Assembly: GCF_000181795.1 (NCBI RefSeq)
Contig: NW_003526945.1
Coordinates: 2,800,765 to 2,848,413, forward strand
DNA: 47,649 nt
Origin: Trichinella spiralis
Lineage: Eukaryota
Direction: 5' to 3'
Each line of letters opens with the position of its first letter. Positions within the stretch are counted from its first letter, which is position 1. A model generated the notes under the pieces. That model saw nothing but the letters and a program-made list of their open reading frames with translations, searched no databases and was not told the origin of the DNA. This document shows, piece by piece, positions 23,894 to 37,753 of this stretch. Made by a program: the position numbers and the translations under genes.

Positions 23894-26800
23894 ACAACAA
23901 CAAGGATGAAAATTCTGCTGTTTCTTGTTTATTTTTTTCTGTTGTTTTTTTAGGACAATAAAAATTCCACTCATGTACCTGCTGATCAGAATTTGCCAAT
24001 GTATTATACAGTATCCTTGCAGAGGTTTAATTTTGTATAATTTGTCGCGTTGTGAACAGTGTCAATGGTATATTGTTTTCTACTTTGTTGTTGTTGTTGT
24101 TTTGGTTGTGCTTTCTTTTTTCGTTCGGTTGAATTGAGACGCTGTGATTTATCGATTTTATCTGCGACGACACAGAGCCAACGTCGGTAGGGTTTTCTGC
24201 TTGTAAGTCAGGTAAAAGTAGAAATTTTACCAATTTTGTTCGCTGTACAATGGGAACGTCGGTTGACAAATACTCCACCAGACGAGGACGAACAGTTCGT
24301 GTGGGGAACAATGGAAATTTGGAAATTCACCTGAAGAGAAGAATTGTTGTTGGCGTTCGGTGTGCCGTTTGAGAATTCCAATCTCGAAGCTGAAGAAGAT
24401 TTGGTGGTTACGAGTTCCAAGCTGATCAATTCGATCAATCGATTGCCGTTTTGGATTTTGGTCTCGTGCCGGGCCGGCTATTTGTGCTTTGCCGGAAAAG
24501 TAGTTAGTGGACGACGGAAAATTTTTTGGCAAAATGGGCAGAATTTGGCGAAAAAGTTGAAATCCAGGCGCTCGTAGTGGAAGATTGTTTTGTCTCTGCA
24601 AAGAGTCAAAGGCTCTCTGCTGGGGTTGAAAGTGAACAAGCGAAGTTTTGTTGTGAAGAAAAAGTACCGCGGTCTAGTTGGCGGCTGCAGCTTGTCGAAA
24701 ATTCCACTGCTGCTTCATTTCACTTGGACCACCACGCCCTTGGGCCGTTGGGCCCTGGGAAACGTTGATTCGCCCGTAATTGCGAAACAAAAGCCAACGG
24801 CCAACGTTCCGACGGCAAAAAGTCACACAAAACGCATCGACTTTTCATACTTGCTTTTCGCCGCGTTGCTTTTTCAAATCGCTCACTTTAGTCGAATCAA
24901 TTTTCAACTTTGTTTATTTGTTTGTTTTCCTTCGCCCCATCTATCCCCTGCTGCTGCTGCTGCTGCTGCTGCTTCTGATTCGATCTCAGGTAAACAAAGC
25001 TTACAATAATACAAATATCTTTTAACTTGGGATTACTGTTTTACAAGTATGAATTTTTTTTGTTTGAAAACTACGATCGTAATTGTCATATTTCCATAAT
25101 AATTAAATTAATCGTCAATTTTATTGGATTCGATTCGAGTTGTTCATTTGTATTGTTGTATTATTTGTAATGATTAGTTTTTGTTTATTTATTTGTTTGT
25201 TGTTTTGTTTTGTTTCAAATATTGAATTGGTAGTTATACCACCGGTCGGTTGGGCAGTGAATGATCGCTCAATTTGCTATTGATGATGTGGTGCTCGATT
25301 GGATTTGTCGTTTCCACTCTGAAAGCACAGGGGGGAATTGGTGTGCATGTGCTTATATGCTTATGGTTGTGCTTGTGTTGCAACTTCGCCCGGCGACATC
25401 CTCATCATTGGGCAGTGGTGGATTCGTATTTCCATTTCAACTTGGCTTTTTATTTCTTGAAAAATAGTGCGTCGTCGTTGTTGCTCGATTTGAAAACTTT
25501 CCACTTTGTGCTGCTGCGTTGAAGAAACACAGCCACGTCCAGGCCCGTTGTCGCTTTTCTGAGCTTCACCACTAACGTATGCATGCGGTTATTTTTTATT
25601 TTATTCAAATATATATTTTCAAACCAATACTAATATTCATCTGGTAATTTGAATGTTTTTTTTTTGAAAAAATTGCAAATTTTGAGACAAACGAAAAGAG
25701 AATGCATGAAACTGTCTGCTCTTTTCAAAAGTTGAAATATTGCTTCATTGCCAGCTACTACTAATTCACTGAAAACATAAGTAATAAATTGATTTTCTTT
25801 TTTCCTTCGCAGAACAAACTCATCCTGATGATTACACGCACAAGCTTGCATTAAAAATCAAAACCACCAATGCTAATTGTTCAGCTTATTGATTTGTCTT
25901 CTTTTTCTTCTTCTTGTTTTTTAGGGGGTTATGATTTTCAATCAAATTCCATTTATACTTCAAAGTTCGAATATAATCGGTTTTTTGTTTCTATTTTGGC
26001 ATTTTTTTCCAAGTGTGAACAACTTTTTCCAATCAGTATTCATTTATTCATTGCGCCTTTGTTCCTTTCTCACCGTTCTCGCCTCTGTTCAGCTCCAAAA
26101 ATTCACTCGCTTCAATTAGAATTTAATTCAAATTTGCATAATTGATTTCTCGCGTGCGAAATGTTATTTTATTAATAAAATAGATTTATTTCACCATCGC
26201 TGACGTCACGCGACGGAGCTTTGTTATTTATTGCGCTGATTTCGCGAATTTACCTATTCTTCTTCTTCTTCTTCTTCTTTCTCCCCATTTCATTTTGTGA
26301 TGTCAGTAAATATTTGTTTAATCAACTTTTCACGATCAATCCATTTTAAATGTTGTGCTCAGTTGGCTTTCGTTTGCAATTTTTTCTTCCATATTGTATT
26401 ACACAGAAAAACAATTTTCATCGATCGTTATCAATTTCAACTTATTCCTGCGACAATTTTACGACTGTTATCTTTATCATTACAATTAACCTGACGATTG
26501 TATATTTGATACTGTACATGTGAAGTGGTCAGCAATTTTACAATTTTGCAACAAACATTTTCTGCCTAGTTTTACGCTGTATATTTGATATTTGTAAAAA
26601 ACAATTTTATTAACAACTTACAATCTCTAAGACACAATGTATTTTATCTGAATTTTTCGCAGTGTTTTTTCATTTCAACCTACACCTGTCAACAAGTATC
26701 ACAGCTCTGTTAAGTTTTTTTTTACAGAATCTTTGAATAATTGATTTTCACGTTACATTTTAAGTTGTTTTTTTTTGTTGAAAATTTGAAACTTTTCCCT

Positions 26801-27921
26801 TATGCGAAAGCAAACCAATTATAATTGAACGTTGATTTTCAAATTTAGAAAAGCTTCCAATGCGTTGTTTTTTTCATAATTTTGTAAAATTATAAGCAAA
26901 CTGTAATTTTTTTAAACAAATTTATGGGTTTTTTTTCTTTGGCGTTATTTATTCAATGTTGTCCATAATTATTTCAGTTAGAAGAGAAATATAAAAGCTG
27001 AACTTTGAATGGTGAAACTCTTTCGTAACACACGAGAACCTGCTGCTATAAATATTGTAAGCTAATTGTTTTTATTCTTTTTTGATCAATAAATAACAAT
27101 TAATAAGACTATTAAATTTCTGCATATTTTTTCCACAATCCACAGTTTGAGTGGAAATTTTTCTGTTGCCGAATGGAAAATAATGACAATAATCATCACC
27201 ATCACCAATCATTTCTTGCATTGTTTGTTCGTCGGCAATAATTTTGTTGTATAATACGTTGATAATTTGTTTTTCAATCAACAATAAATCATTTGTAGTA
27301 TTTGGATTAGTAAATTTGAACTCTTTTTTAAAATGCCCGATTTTTAAAATCGCTCTCATCCAACCTGGGTGACAGCGTTCAGGGTGCAGAATGAATTCGC
27401 TTCGGACGTCGACGGATAGCATGATCCATTTCACATCTGTGTGCACATCTTTTGATTAAATAATTGATTTGCAATTTTCCATTTTGCACCAATATTGTGC
27501 ATGCATTGGAAATGAATAATAAAATAAGGTGATGAATGTGAAGCTCATTATTCCAATTCTGCAGCAGAATTGCATGGCAAGGTTACTTTAGTTTCTTCCT
27601 CTTCTGATCAGAGTTGACTTTTCACTTCACTTCAAAAAAGCAAACTGCTGCCTGCTTGTCTGATGATATTGTTGCCGGTAAATTATCCAACACTGACGTC
27701 ATGCTAGTTTGCCCCATTTACAGGCTGTTATTAATTTGAATTTTTCTACTTCTAACAGAATATCAAAGAGCCAAAGTGACAAGATTGACTCCAATCGTAA
27801 CAATTTGACCAATGGAAACTGATTTCACTGTATTGATCAGGCGCTGGACAGGCCGAAGCGGCAGCGACACTTCGTTGCCGTGCAACTGACCAATGAGCTT
27901 GGCTTTGCACCTTATTTTCAG

Positions 27922-28250
27922 ATCCGTCTGTTTGCTTGGTGGTGTTGTTTTGTATGCAAACGACTTCAGCTGGCTTGGAGTCAATGGAACGTCAACGCCA
28001 GCAGATCGCCTCCTACATGGCCGAGATGATAAGCAGCAACTACGATCTGGGGAGTCATGTGAAAGAAATCCGGCGGGCCATTGAACGAACCGAATCCTAC
28101 ACACTGGCCGTCACTCTGCTTGCCTATCTCGTCACCGGTATCGTGGCTATTTCAGCACTGTGCTATGCTTGCGCCAGGCAATCGCACGCTAGACAAGAAA
28201 AGGCCAAACGACAACGTCTCAATGCATGTAGCCGTATATTGGAAGCATAA
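27922..28250 (+). CDS. Terminal exon of a small single-pass membrane protein (first exon unresolved)
   Basis: TTTTCAG acceptor at 27921. Frame reads signal-like VCLVVLFCMQTTSA, a short helical ectodomain, TM YTLAVTLLAYLVTGIVAISALCYAC, then a basic tail. Confidence 0.55.
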
Positions 28251-31200
28251 ACGAAGCTTTTCACATACACTTTGATCCTCCTCATCATCATCATTTTCAT
28301 CTTCATCATCTATCTTCCAGATTTTGCAAATTTGCTAAATTGAAGACCACCGATAGCTATCAAATTTTCAATTGTCCAAATTTGGTTAGCTATAGTGGAA
28401 AGGCAAAGATGTCTCTTTTCTTGTTCACTGATTTACTTCAAAACTGAAAGTCATTTTTCACCAGTGAGTATTACTGTTATGTTAGCGATGTTCGACGATT
28501 GAAATGCCTAATTAAAATGATAAATTGCTTCAACAGCTAGCTAGCTAATGTTCCACTTGTTTGCAAAACATGCGCCGAATACTGCGTGGAATTTAACTGT
28601 GAAATTTTGATTATTTTCCAAATGTGCTTCAATTCCATTTCAACAGTAGCATCTGTACAAATTATGTAATGGCGATAATAATAATTCAAGCGTTGATTAT
28701 TGCTAATTAAAATGCATGTCCATGATATATATTAATGGCAATCAGTCTGCGCTGAATTAGCACACGCTGTGATATAACAGATTTAATCTGATCTATTTGC
28801 GAGCTTAAATTTCAAACCGGTTCTAGCGTGGAGAAATTGAATATCTCTATTAATTTAAAATTCTTTGCGGATTGTTATTCTTTGCAATGATTACATACAC
28901 ACACAACGTGCATTTCTGCTTTTCATCATTTCATGATTCGAACTTATGAACTTCATCGAATTATGCTTATTTATTCTTGCTGTGCAAACATGGGCAAAAA
29001 AACACGAAATATATTGTTCATATTCGTACAACAAACATACCAGTAAAAAAGCTGAAGATGAACATGAAAGAGGAAGACAAGATTGTAAAATGCTTTTTAT
29101 TTTACACTCGCATTCTAATTTGCTAGTTTCTTTTTAAAGATGTTTAACTAGGAGAATCTGTAGGCGAGTTGAGTTCGATATCGAGCACACTTCACCTTAG
29201 GCAAGGAAATTGAATATTTTATTCAATATAGTAAACAGTATGCAAATTTCATTTGTAAAATACATAATCTAACATGGAGCATAAGAGCCAACTCTTAATG
29301 TGAAATTAAGAAAAGTGCATTTGCATGCATGCGATCAATATGGTCGATTTGTAGTTGTTGATGCAAATCAAACGCTTGCTAAAAGCCGATTTGAAAGCAA
29401 CGGAGGAGCAGCTGGGTACAGTTTAATTCGTTTATCTGATCAATTATACCGTTTAAATGGCGCTTAACATTTGCAGCCGACTAAATTCAGTGTGCACTAA
29501 AATGCACAAGGGTGGGTCAATTTGTTCTCAAAACTAAGCCTGAGCGTTCTTTGTCTTGCTGAACGCTCAGTCGGAAGAAATTCTGCCGTATATTTTCGAT
29601 CAGTCGATTTATGTTCATAATTTACTTAGACGGTTCTTTGGGGATTGAAGCCGAAACGTATTACCTTATTTTACAGAAATGTACAAGCTTGGATAAATAA
29701 GCAACAACGACAACTAGACTACTCTAAGCAACTGCTAGCTAGCAGTTTGAATTATACCAACGAAACCAATCAAAATTGCAATTGTGAAACTTAAAATATG
29801 GAAAAATTTTTACTGATATAAATAAATCATTTTCAAAAAGCAAAACAAAAACTACTGCAGAAATATTGTTGCTCTGATTGTGAGAAGAAATTTACAGAAA
29901 AGTAGTGCTGCATTCTTTAGCGTAAAAAATATTTTACAAGTTGAAAAAAATTTTTTTTCCTTCTAATAATCAAGTATTTTAACTTTTTACACGTTCAAAA
30001 AGGGTTAAATTTAATTTTCAGTTAATCCAATTGTCTCTATTTTACAGAAACAGCTTCCATTGATAAAGTTTATTCGATAACATTTGCTTTATATTCAATT
30101 TCATCATTTCCATTCTTGCAATGATTGAAAACAAAATAATTCCTTGTTAAACGTAAAATAAAGTTTATGATATAAGTAAAAAACAAAAAATAAACTGTAA
30201 TTATATTTAACATATCTATTCACACGTTTCTGATATTCCTTGTACTGTATGTAGCATTCCTGGAAATATTGATTTGATCAGTTCATCATCAGTACATTGC
30301 ATTTCAACAGCATAACTAACTAACTGTAAATTTTTTATTAAATATTTAAATTGTCTATGATGGAGATAAATTAAAATTGATTGATTTTTATTGATTTTTT
30401 AAGCTTTGAATGTACATTGTCTAAGAAGTGAATCAATGCTGCAATGGTGTAATATTACTGAACATAATTGAGTTGTGTATTTTTAAAAATTATCATGCCA
30501 AAAGATATTAATCAAGAGTAATTTTATTACGAAATTATTGGTAAAACTTACAATTGTTTAAAATAATTGAACACGGTATATTTTTCAAAAAATGTATATA
30601 ATAAGCATAAAATAAATGCATAAAATGTATATCATAAGGCTTTGAAAAAATGAAACACTGAATTAACAAACAGCATTGTTATGGTACAGTTATATTAATA
30701 TATTCATGTATTAATTACTGTACAGAGAAACTTTTGCAAGCATTTGGAAAATATTAATGAAATGCAGAATTAAATCTCATGTTGAACAAATGCATCAGAT
30801 GAGAAGGTTACATACTAAAAATTTACATTTCTTGATATGAAAAGCGGCCGAGTAATTTCATACCTGAGCGAGCAATTTTCTCAATTTTATTATTATTGAT
30901 TTTAAGAAGATAACGTTTTTCAGCACTGTAAAGATTGGAAAATTTACTGATGGTAAGTGCTCTTGTTATTCATACAACAATGCGTTTCCTTATTCTCAGA
31001 TTTCATGATTGAATTATACTACAACTGGAATCCGGAAACATTACAATTACCCCTCTTCACCTCAGCGTCAATGTTCAATGTATGCTGTTTCGCGATAATA
31101 TAAGCAGTTCTTTTCTACTTTGAAATCAAATTAAACTGCATTATTTTTCATCCATTTAATAATATTTCTGATAAATCCATACCACTAATTAATTGAACGA

Positions 31201-32062
31201 TAAAATAAAAGATTGTTTCTGGAATGGAGAAGATATCTCGCATGGAAAAAGTGCTGCAATGCCTATAAGTTTTCTGCTAATATTCTTATTGTCAAAGCTT
31301 ACATACCATATTTATTCAACATTGCAGCAGGTGAACGAAGAACTTGACAATTTGCTAATGGAAACAAACCATTTTCTATTATTACTGTTGTTAATGCATT
31401 ACTGTGAAATTGAAAATTATTGTGAATGTCTGAAAGAAGCGATGTTAGCTTCAGTTGCAAAGAATGAAATTGTTACCGTTAGGTTTTGGCTTACTTGGTA
31501 GTCTTCAGCTAGTAGAACAAACTGAATGGAAAATAAAGCTACAATAAGCGAATCGTTGGCAGTAAGGTTGTTCCACACTGCAAAATATTACGCGTCAACA
31601 CAGTTAAAGAAGCATTTATTCATTATCATTAATCTTGATGTATTTGACTGCTTAAAATGTATTTTCTTTTAAATAGTTTTTTGTTTTGTTTTTATAAATT
31701 TTGTTTGAGCGGTCAGGGCTAAATTGTACAGTTAGTTGAACTGAATTGAGAAAAAAGTCATGCAAGCCAAATCGCAGAGAATAGCACTAGCCCGTAACAA
31801 ACACAGGCACATCTTCTTAGGTCAGAATGCATCCTTTGAATGAGAGTTCACCGAAAAGGTTACAGTTGTCGGTCTTGTTCTGAAAGCACTTGTTGTTGAC
31901 CTAACAGAACAGAACAGGTCATGCACATTCGGGTGATGCTTTGTTGATTGGAAAATTGCCACACCTCCGTACGACAAGTCAACGACCTGAAGCTTTAACA
32001 TCCCATCAGATTCTGGGCAACTTCGCAAGGCACTGTCACTCGGCGAACCGTGGACCGGAGAG

Positions 32063-33489
32063 ATGTTTCGCGCAAAATTGCTTCTCCTCTTCATTCTAAT
32101 CACTGGTAGGTGGTATCCAAGCTGAGCATGAGCAGAAAAATGGAATTGTTTCGTTTTTATTTTCTTCTTCACAGGACAATTGACCAGCTCATTTCCTTCG
32201 CTGTCAAGCCAACTCGAAGGCCAACAATCCAGCTACAATCGTGCGGCTTCCAAATTGGTCAAAGCGTTGAAATATTTATTCGACCTTCAACGGTAAGCTA
32301 GCTATTAGCAAAACAAACAAAAATGATCATTTTTATGAAATCCAATTTTTTAGAAATGCAACTTTTCTAACTAGAGCGGAAACCAATGAAACAGAAAGTG
32401 AATACATCGGCAATAATAATAATACAACAAGTTATAATAATGAGACGGATTTCTTGACACTATATCCGACTAGATTGATGCTGATCAGACCGATTGTTGA
32501 ACTAAAAACACCGGATTATAACGAAAGCACTTTGGATTTTGACATTTGGAATACAACGTCCAACATTTCGGCTTTGAATTTGAAAGATCTGATGATCAAT
32601 AAAACAATGTCACCTGTGCAAAAGATGCACTCAATCATATCCAAGCTGTTGGATCAAAACGACGCCGGCAAGGCATTGCAAGTGGACGTTGCATTTTTTG
32701 ATCAAATTTGCAAGTAATGAAATTGATAAATATAGTAATTGTTCCATTTGCAAAATGCATCTTGTTCACTTTCAACCTAATAATAATCGAATGTGCCACA
32801 AGATCAAATTTTGCATTTGCATTAATGTCGCATATTTCGGTTGGATTTCTTTTTCACCAATAAGGCAACAAATGCACTTCAGGCTAGCTCAACCGGCGAA
32901 GCAGTGTGGAAAAAATTGCAACCGCACTGAAGTGGAAAAGTCGACCGGAAAATCAAGCAAAACAAATTCTCTGGTTCAATATTTGTGCGTGGATCGATTT
33001 CAAAGTTGGTTGTCGCTTTTTCATTCCTATTTTTCCAAGGCTACTTTTTGATCCGATCACTTTAGCTGTGAAAAACAACGTACCTTGTTTGCAAAATTTG
33101 CTCCGAAATCGAGGAAAATTCTGCGTGACGAAGTGCAGAAAAGCCGAATCGAAAAAGCAAGACTCCACCCAAGTGTTTTTGCTGAGTCGTCACAATTTTG
33201 ACATGAAAAATGATCTTACAAAATCCATGTGCAAGTGAGTAATTTTGATTTTGAAAATTTCCTTCAATTTATTCATCATTTGTGCATCTATATTTTCTTT
33301 TTCAAATATTAATAATATCTGCTTAGATATACGAAATGCATGGCCGCGTGTTTTGTGCCAAAGATTGGAGAACAATGTGGACGTGATGTTGCAGAAATTA
33401 CAAAAGAAGCGGTAAAAATGGGCTTGTCCGCGTTTCAAGATGTGTTCGAATTTATAGACGATGGTGAAAAGGCTTGCGAAGTTGCTTGA
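32063..33489 (+). CDS. Secreted Cys-rich protein with a chondroitin proteoglycan 4 (CPG4)-like domain, 6 exons
   Basis: Exons 32063-32105, 32175-32292, 32354-32713, 32883-33004, 33066-33234 and 33327-33489 join in phase. Signal peptide MFRAKLLLLFILITG and many N-x-S/T sites. Cys spacing FDQICK..QCGKNC..YLCVDRF..PCL..FCVTKC..MCKYTKCMAACF..QCG matches the nematode CPG4 pattern as recalled. Confidence 0.78.
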
Positions 33490-34322
33490 AATCAACTACA
33501 ATTTTAATCTGACAATGAAAAACAACACATCTATATGCATATCAGAGTTTTCAAAAATTTTGTTGTATTAATTGTGTAAAATTGTTAAAATCAATAAATA
33601 AAATTGTAATTTTATTATTGTTTTGCAATTATCTTTGCAATTACAATTTTCAGAAAACAACAATACAGTATACTTGTAAGAATAAGCAAGTGCTAAAGAA
33701 AGAGAAAAGCAAGTAATTTTCGAAAACTGGATGATCAAATTTTTCAAGTTGGATAATTAATTTCGAGTAGTGAAAGTGAACGACAATCAACTTTTGCATT
33801 CGATCAGTCTTTCAACATCTTTCCAGTAAAATGAGAACATAATATCAATTTGAGTGAACGAAATTATGCTCAGTTTATTGGGAAGAAAAATAAATGAACG
33901 ACAGTTGTTCCAACAGCGGTCAAGCAAATTTGAATATTTTTATTCTTGTCAAACGGCAAATGCAATTGTTCACAAAACGATCAACGCTCCCAGGCATACC
34001 GTTGTTCTAGATAAATTACTCGATCAAAAAGATAAGATAGCAGTGGACGCTGTGGTAAACTAAACGGCCGGCCGGTAGCGCACGTTCGTTGCCTTGCTAG
34101 TGTGAACAAAAGAGCAGTAAAATCCGCTTGGAAAATTATTGTGCAACAACAACAACAACAACATCAGCAGCAGCAGCGGTGGCAAAATCACACAGGTAGA
34201 TAAATATCAATTGCTTTATTTGTGATTATTATCATTATTATAATCAATTAATGAAACATTCAAAGAACAGCATTGACAACGCATAAATAATTCAAATTGT
34301 AATTTAATCGCATGTTCTCTGG

Positions 34323-37067
34323 TCATGGCTTTTCACAAAGCGCGTTCACTGAATTCGGCTCCATCAGGTGCGGTTCAACGCACCGTTGGACCGCGCTCGA
34401 GACAATCTCGTCCAAAAGTGTGAACACGACGTTCTCGTCCGACACAAAACGCCACAAGTAGAGTTGCAAATAGTGACAGTCGACCTGTACCTGCTGCAGA
34501 CCGTACTTGCCGAACGTGCACAAGCGTACCGCTTCGAGCAACGTTTTCAGGCAAATTTTCACCAAGCCCGTCATTATGGAAACTTTCGTAAATTCCACCT
34601 CTGAAAAGCAGTCGATGCGCTCGTTCCACAATTTTCCCAACGTGTTCGACAAAGCTGAATTCCCAATGGAGCTTCTCGACGGCGCCCAGGGTCGACTGTT
34701 GCGCGAAAACACTGCAACTGAAAGAGAACAGAACCGAGCCCATTCGAAAATATGCAAATTCACAAGAAGAGATTAATTCAATCAAACCCGAAGAAGTTCG
34801 TCGACTCGAATCGCTGCTTTGCTCTTTGCGATTTCCCTCTTCGAATAGTTGACCAACGCGTGCTTCGACCGCGGCCAAATCTTCCACAATGCGCTTCATC
34901 ACCGACCTCACCGAGCTCGGTTCAATGCCAGCGAGCCAATCTCGCGTTTCGACACTTTTCGAAATCATCTACAACGACAACAATATAATATACGGAGCAA
35001 GAGAACAGCAAGATCCTTCCGGGATCACCTGGGAAAATATGAACCCTTCGTGCAGGACAAAATGGCGCAGCAAACTTTTGGCCACGTTGCGCAGTCGATT
35101 TTGAATTTCATCCCGCTGAACGCTGAATCGATCGCCAACCGACCCGCGGTTCGTTTCCAAACAGCGCTCGCAGGCGGCGAACAGTTCGCCCACTGTCGAA
35201 TGGGCCGCCTCCCAGCAGAACTTGCACAAGATCAACAGAAGCGTGGTGCTGGCCGAGCTCGTGCCACGACCCGACTCGTAGAACCGTTCGCAGCTTTCGG
35301 CAATCGACTGGAACAACGGAACAAGCAGGCGGTCGACCAGTGCAGACCCGAAGGCCGGGACGAACTTCTCGCCGGCGAAGCTCAAATCGGGCGCGGTCAT
35401 CCCGATTAGGCTGTCCAGTGTGGATTTGCAACTCGTGTCGACCGAGCGGTCCAATTCGGCCAACAGTTTCGCCAGGGGATCTTTCGTCCGCCGGCCATCC
35501 GTTTTCTTCTGGTCCACAACCGGGAACAACGCCCCTGCGCCGGCCAAACCTTTACGACATTCGCCCACGGATTTCTGGAAAACACATACTGAATCAATTC
35601 ACAACTTTCGACAATAATAGGAATTCAACACTGACTTGCCACACTGCTTGCATGTTTTGCAAACTGCGGTCGATTTGAAGCTTCGATACACGTACTATTA
35701 TGTCCAGCATCTCCGTTCGTACAGCATCGCCCAGCGCCAGCACTTGGTCAAACGCCAACAGACGACGGTAAAACCGATCCAACGCTCGGATCAACAACGA
35801 ACTCGATCCATCATCCACTGTACACCGTTCCATCATCAACCGCCTCTCCATGCACGACAAATAGTCCATCATCAGCGTGGACACGCTTTTCAACAACCGC
35901 TCGTCGTCGTCCGAGCCAAACATATCATACCAAGAGGTGACCATCAGCGACACGTTTCCCAAAAAACCGCTGCATACTGTATCGGTGAATTCCAAAATAT
36001 CCCCAACTGGATATTGGAAATTTACACTCGACGTACCATTTTCACATTCGAACAATACCAAACGTTCCTGAAACGAAAAAGTAAAATTGAATTCTCATTC
36101 AAATCACTCCAAATTTCATTACAAAATCAAAATTGAAAAATCCCTATTTATACTTGATTATCATTTAGACTGTCAGATTTTACAAACAAATTTTTTTTCA
36201 TCTTGACTAGATTTATTTGTTTTTCTTTTCAATTTATACAAAAGTTCACCTGAATTTCGTCCAGTTCCGTTTTCAAGCACAAAACTGAAGATTGCAAATA
36301 ATTTTCAGCCAACAAGGATTGATCTTCGCCCAGTTGCAAAAGTAATTCCACCCTGGTGAGCAATTCTTTGCCGGATAGAAAAGCGGATCGAAAATTCTCT
36401 TTCAGATCATCTTTCAAATTGGAAACAATTGCGCACGTTTCACTGTATACTGATTGAAGAGCCGGCATGTCGCTCACTTGTTCTAAGATACTTTTGCAAC
36501 TCAAATACGAACTGACAGCGTTCGTGTAGTCTTTTTTCTCGATGTAACTTTGCATCGTCTTTGGCAAGTGGAACAAAAATTCAAGCCGACCTACCGTTTT
36601 GTTCATCTTTGACAGATGCTGAATTAATTAATTAATCAAAGAAAAGAAATGGACAGTAAATCAATCAAAATGAACCAACCGTATTCTACCTGAATTTGGT
36701 TCCTTTTCTCTTTCAATTCATTCGATAAATTTTGCGAAGATACCGTAATACTGTCCATGTTTGTCATCAAATTTTTCATTTCTTCTTCCATTCGAGCAAA
36801 ATCGCACTTCATGCTTCGGATCGTGTCTGTTGCGGCGATGAATTTATTGTAATTTTCGTAGACCAAATTTTGCATCTCTGAATCAAGAACACGCACAGCT
36901 TGCGTTAAGCTGTGCTCTTCATCCATCAATTCTTGTAAATTTTTCTCCTTGAGCAGCTTCCTGAGATAAATTTCATTGTCAAAATCCAAACCATCTATGT
37001 CCAATGGATTCGTTCTGCGTGGCTTGGATTTTGTGGACGTTGACTGTTCATCACTTTTATCACTCAT
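34323..37067 (-). CDS. vps-51: Vacuolar protein sorting 51 (GARP/EARP subunit, Ang2/fat-free), multi-exon
   Basis: [11 protein letters not shown]...[42 protein letters not shown]...[46 protein letters not shown]. Confidence 0.95.
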
Positions 37068-37753
37068 TCCTGAAGATGTGATTTTTCTTTTTTAAATTCA
37101 CTATTATCTCAATTACATTTCAAACACCTGTAAAATGTTCAACAATTTACAAAGATTATCATTTTCATTTTTCACATGTCCAAAATTGTTGACCAGCGAG
37201 CACATAAATTGTACAGACAAAACATATCCTTTACCTTTTATGATGAACCAAAAATGCTGGCTCAGGATAACAAAATCATCATCACTGGCTTACAGGTAAT
37301 GCAAATTACTTTTGCTTTTTGTAATTTTCTTCACAACCAACCAAGATGTAATCTAAATTGTACAATATAGTATCCTGTATGAAAAAATTTTCATTCTAAT
37401 TAAACTCAAATACAATGAGCATAGCATTGAAACTGGGTAATACGATATTCATTGAGCTATAGCTCTTTTACTTACTGACGTTCAGTAGTGATGTATGGAA
37501 AAAAACTGTTGATTATTATTCGCTGTAGAGAATCAAATTAAAAAAATATATCCATGCTCAGTGTTATTGTAAATCATGTACATCTTTGATCTCTTTTATC
37601 AACCTGATGTGATTACCAGTTTACAGTACTGTTTATCGATACTCATGTTTTGTAGCATACTGTCATCTCGACTGGATTATTGCATCACGAAGTTTTACCA
37701 GTAACAAATTTGTTTTGATTTTTGTCAGAGAACTTGAAACCGAGTTCTTTTAC

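Noticed and set aside
24027..25580. Cluster of short ORFs downstream of BLM
   Set aside because: No consistent exon chain or recognisable domain on either strand; left unassigned.
26201..26208. TGACGTCA (CRE-like) palindromes here and near 8156 and 27694
   Set aside because: A few 8-mers in 47 kb with no linked TSS are not evidence of function.
27072..27446. 124-aa minus-strand ORF
   Set aside because: No ATG at the called start, no motif and no clear splice partners; cannot be supported from sequence alone.
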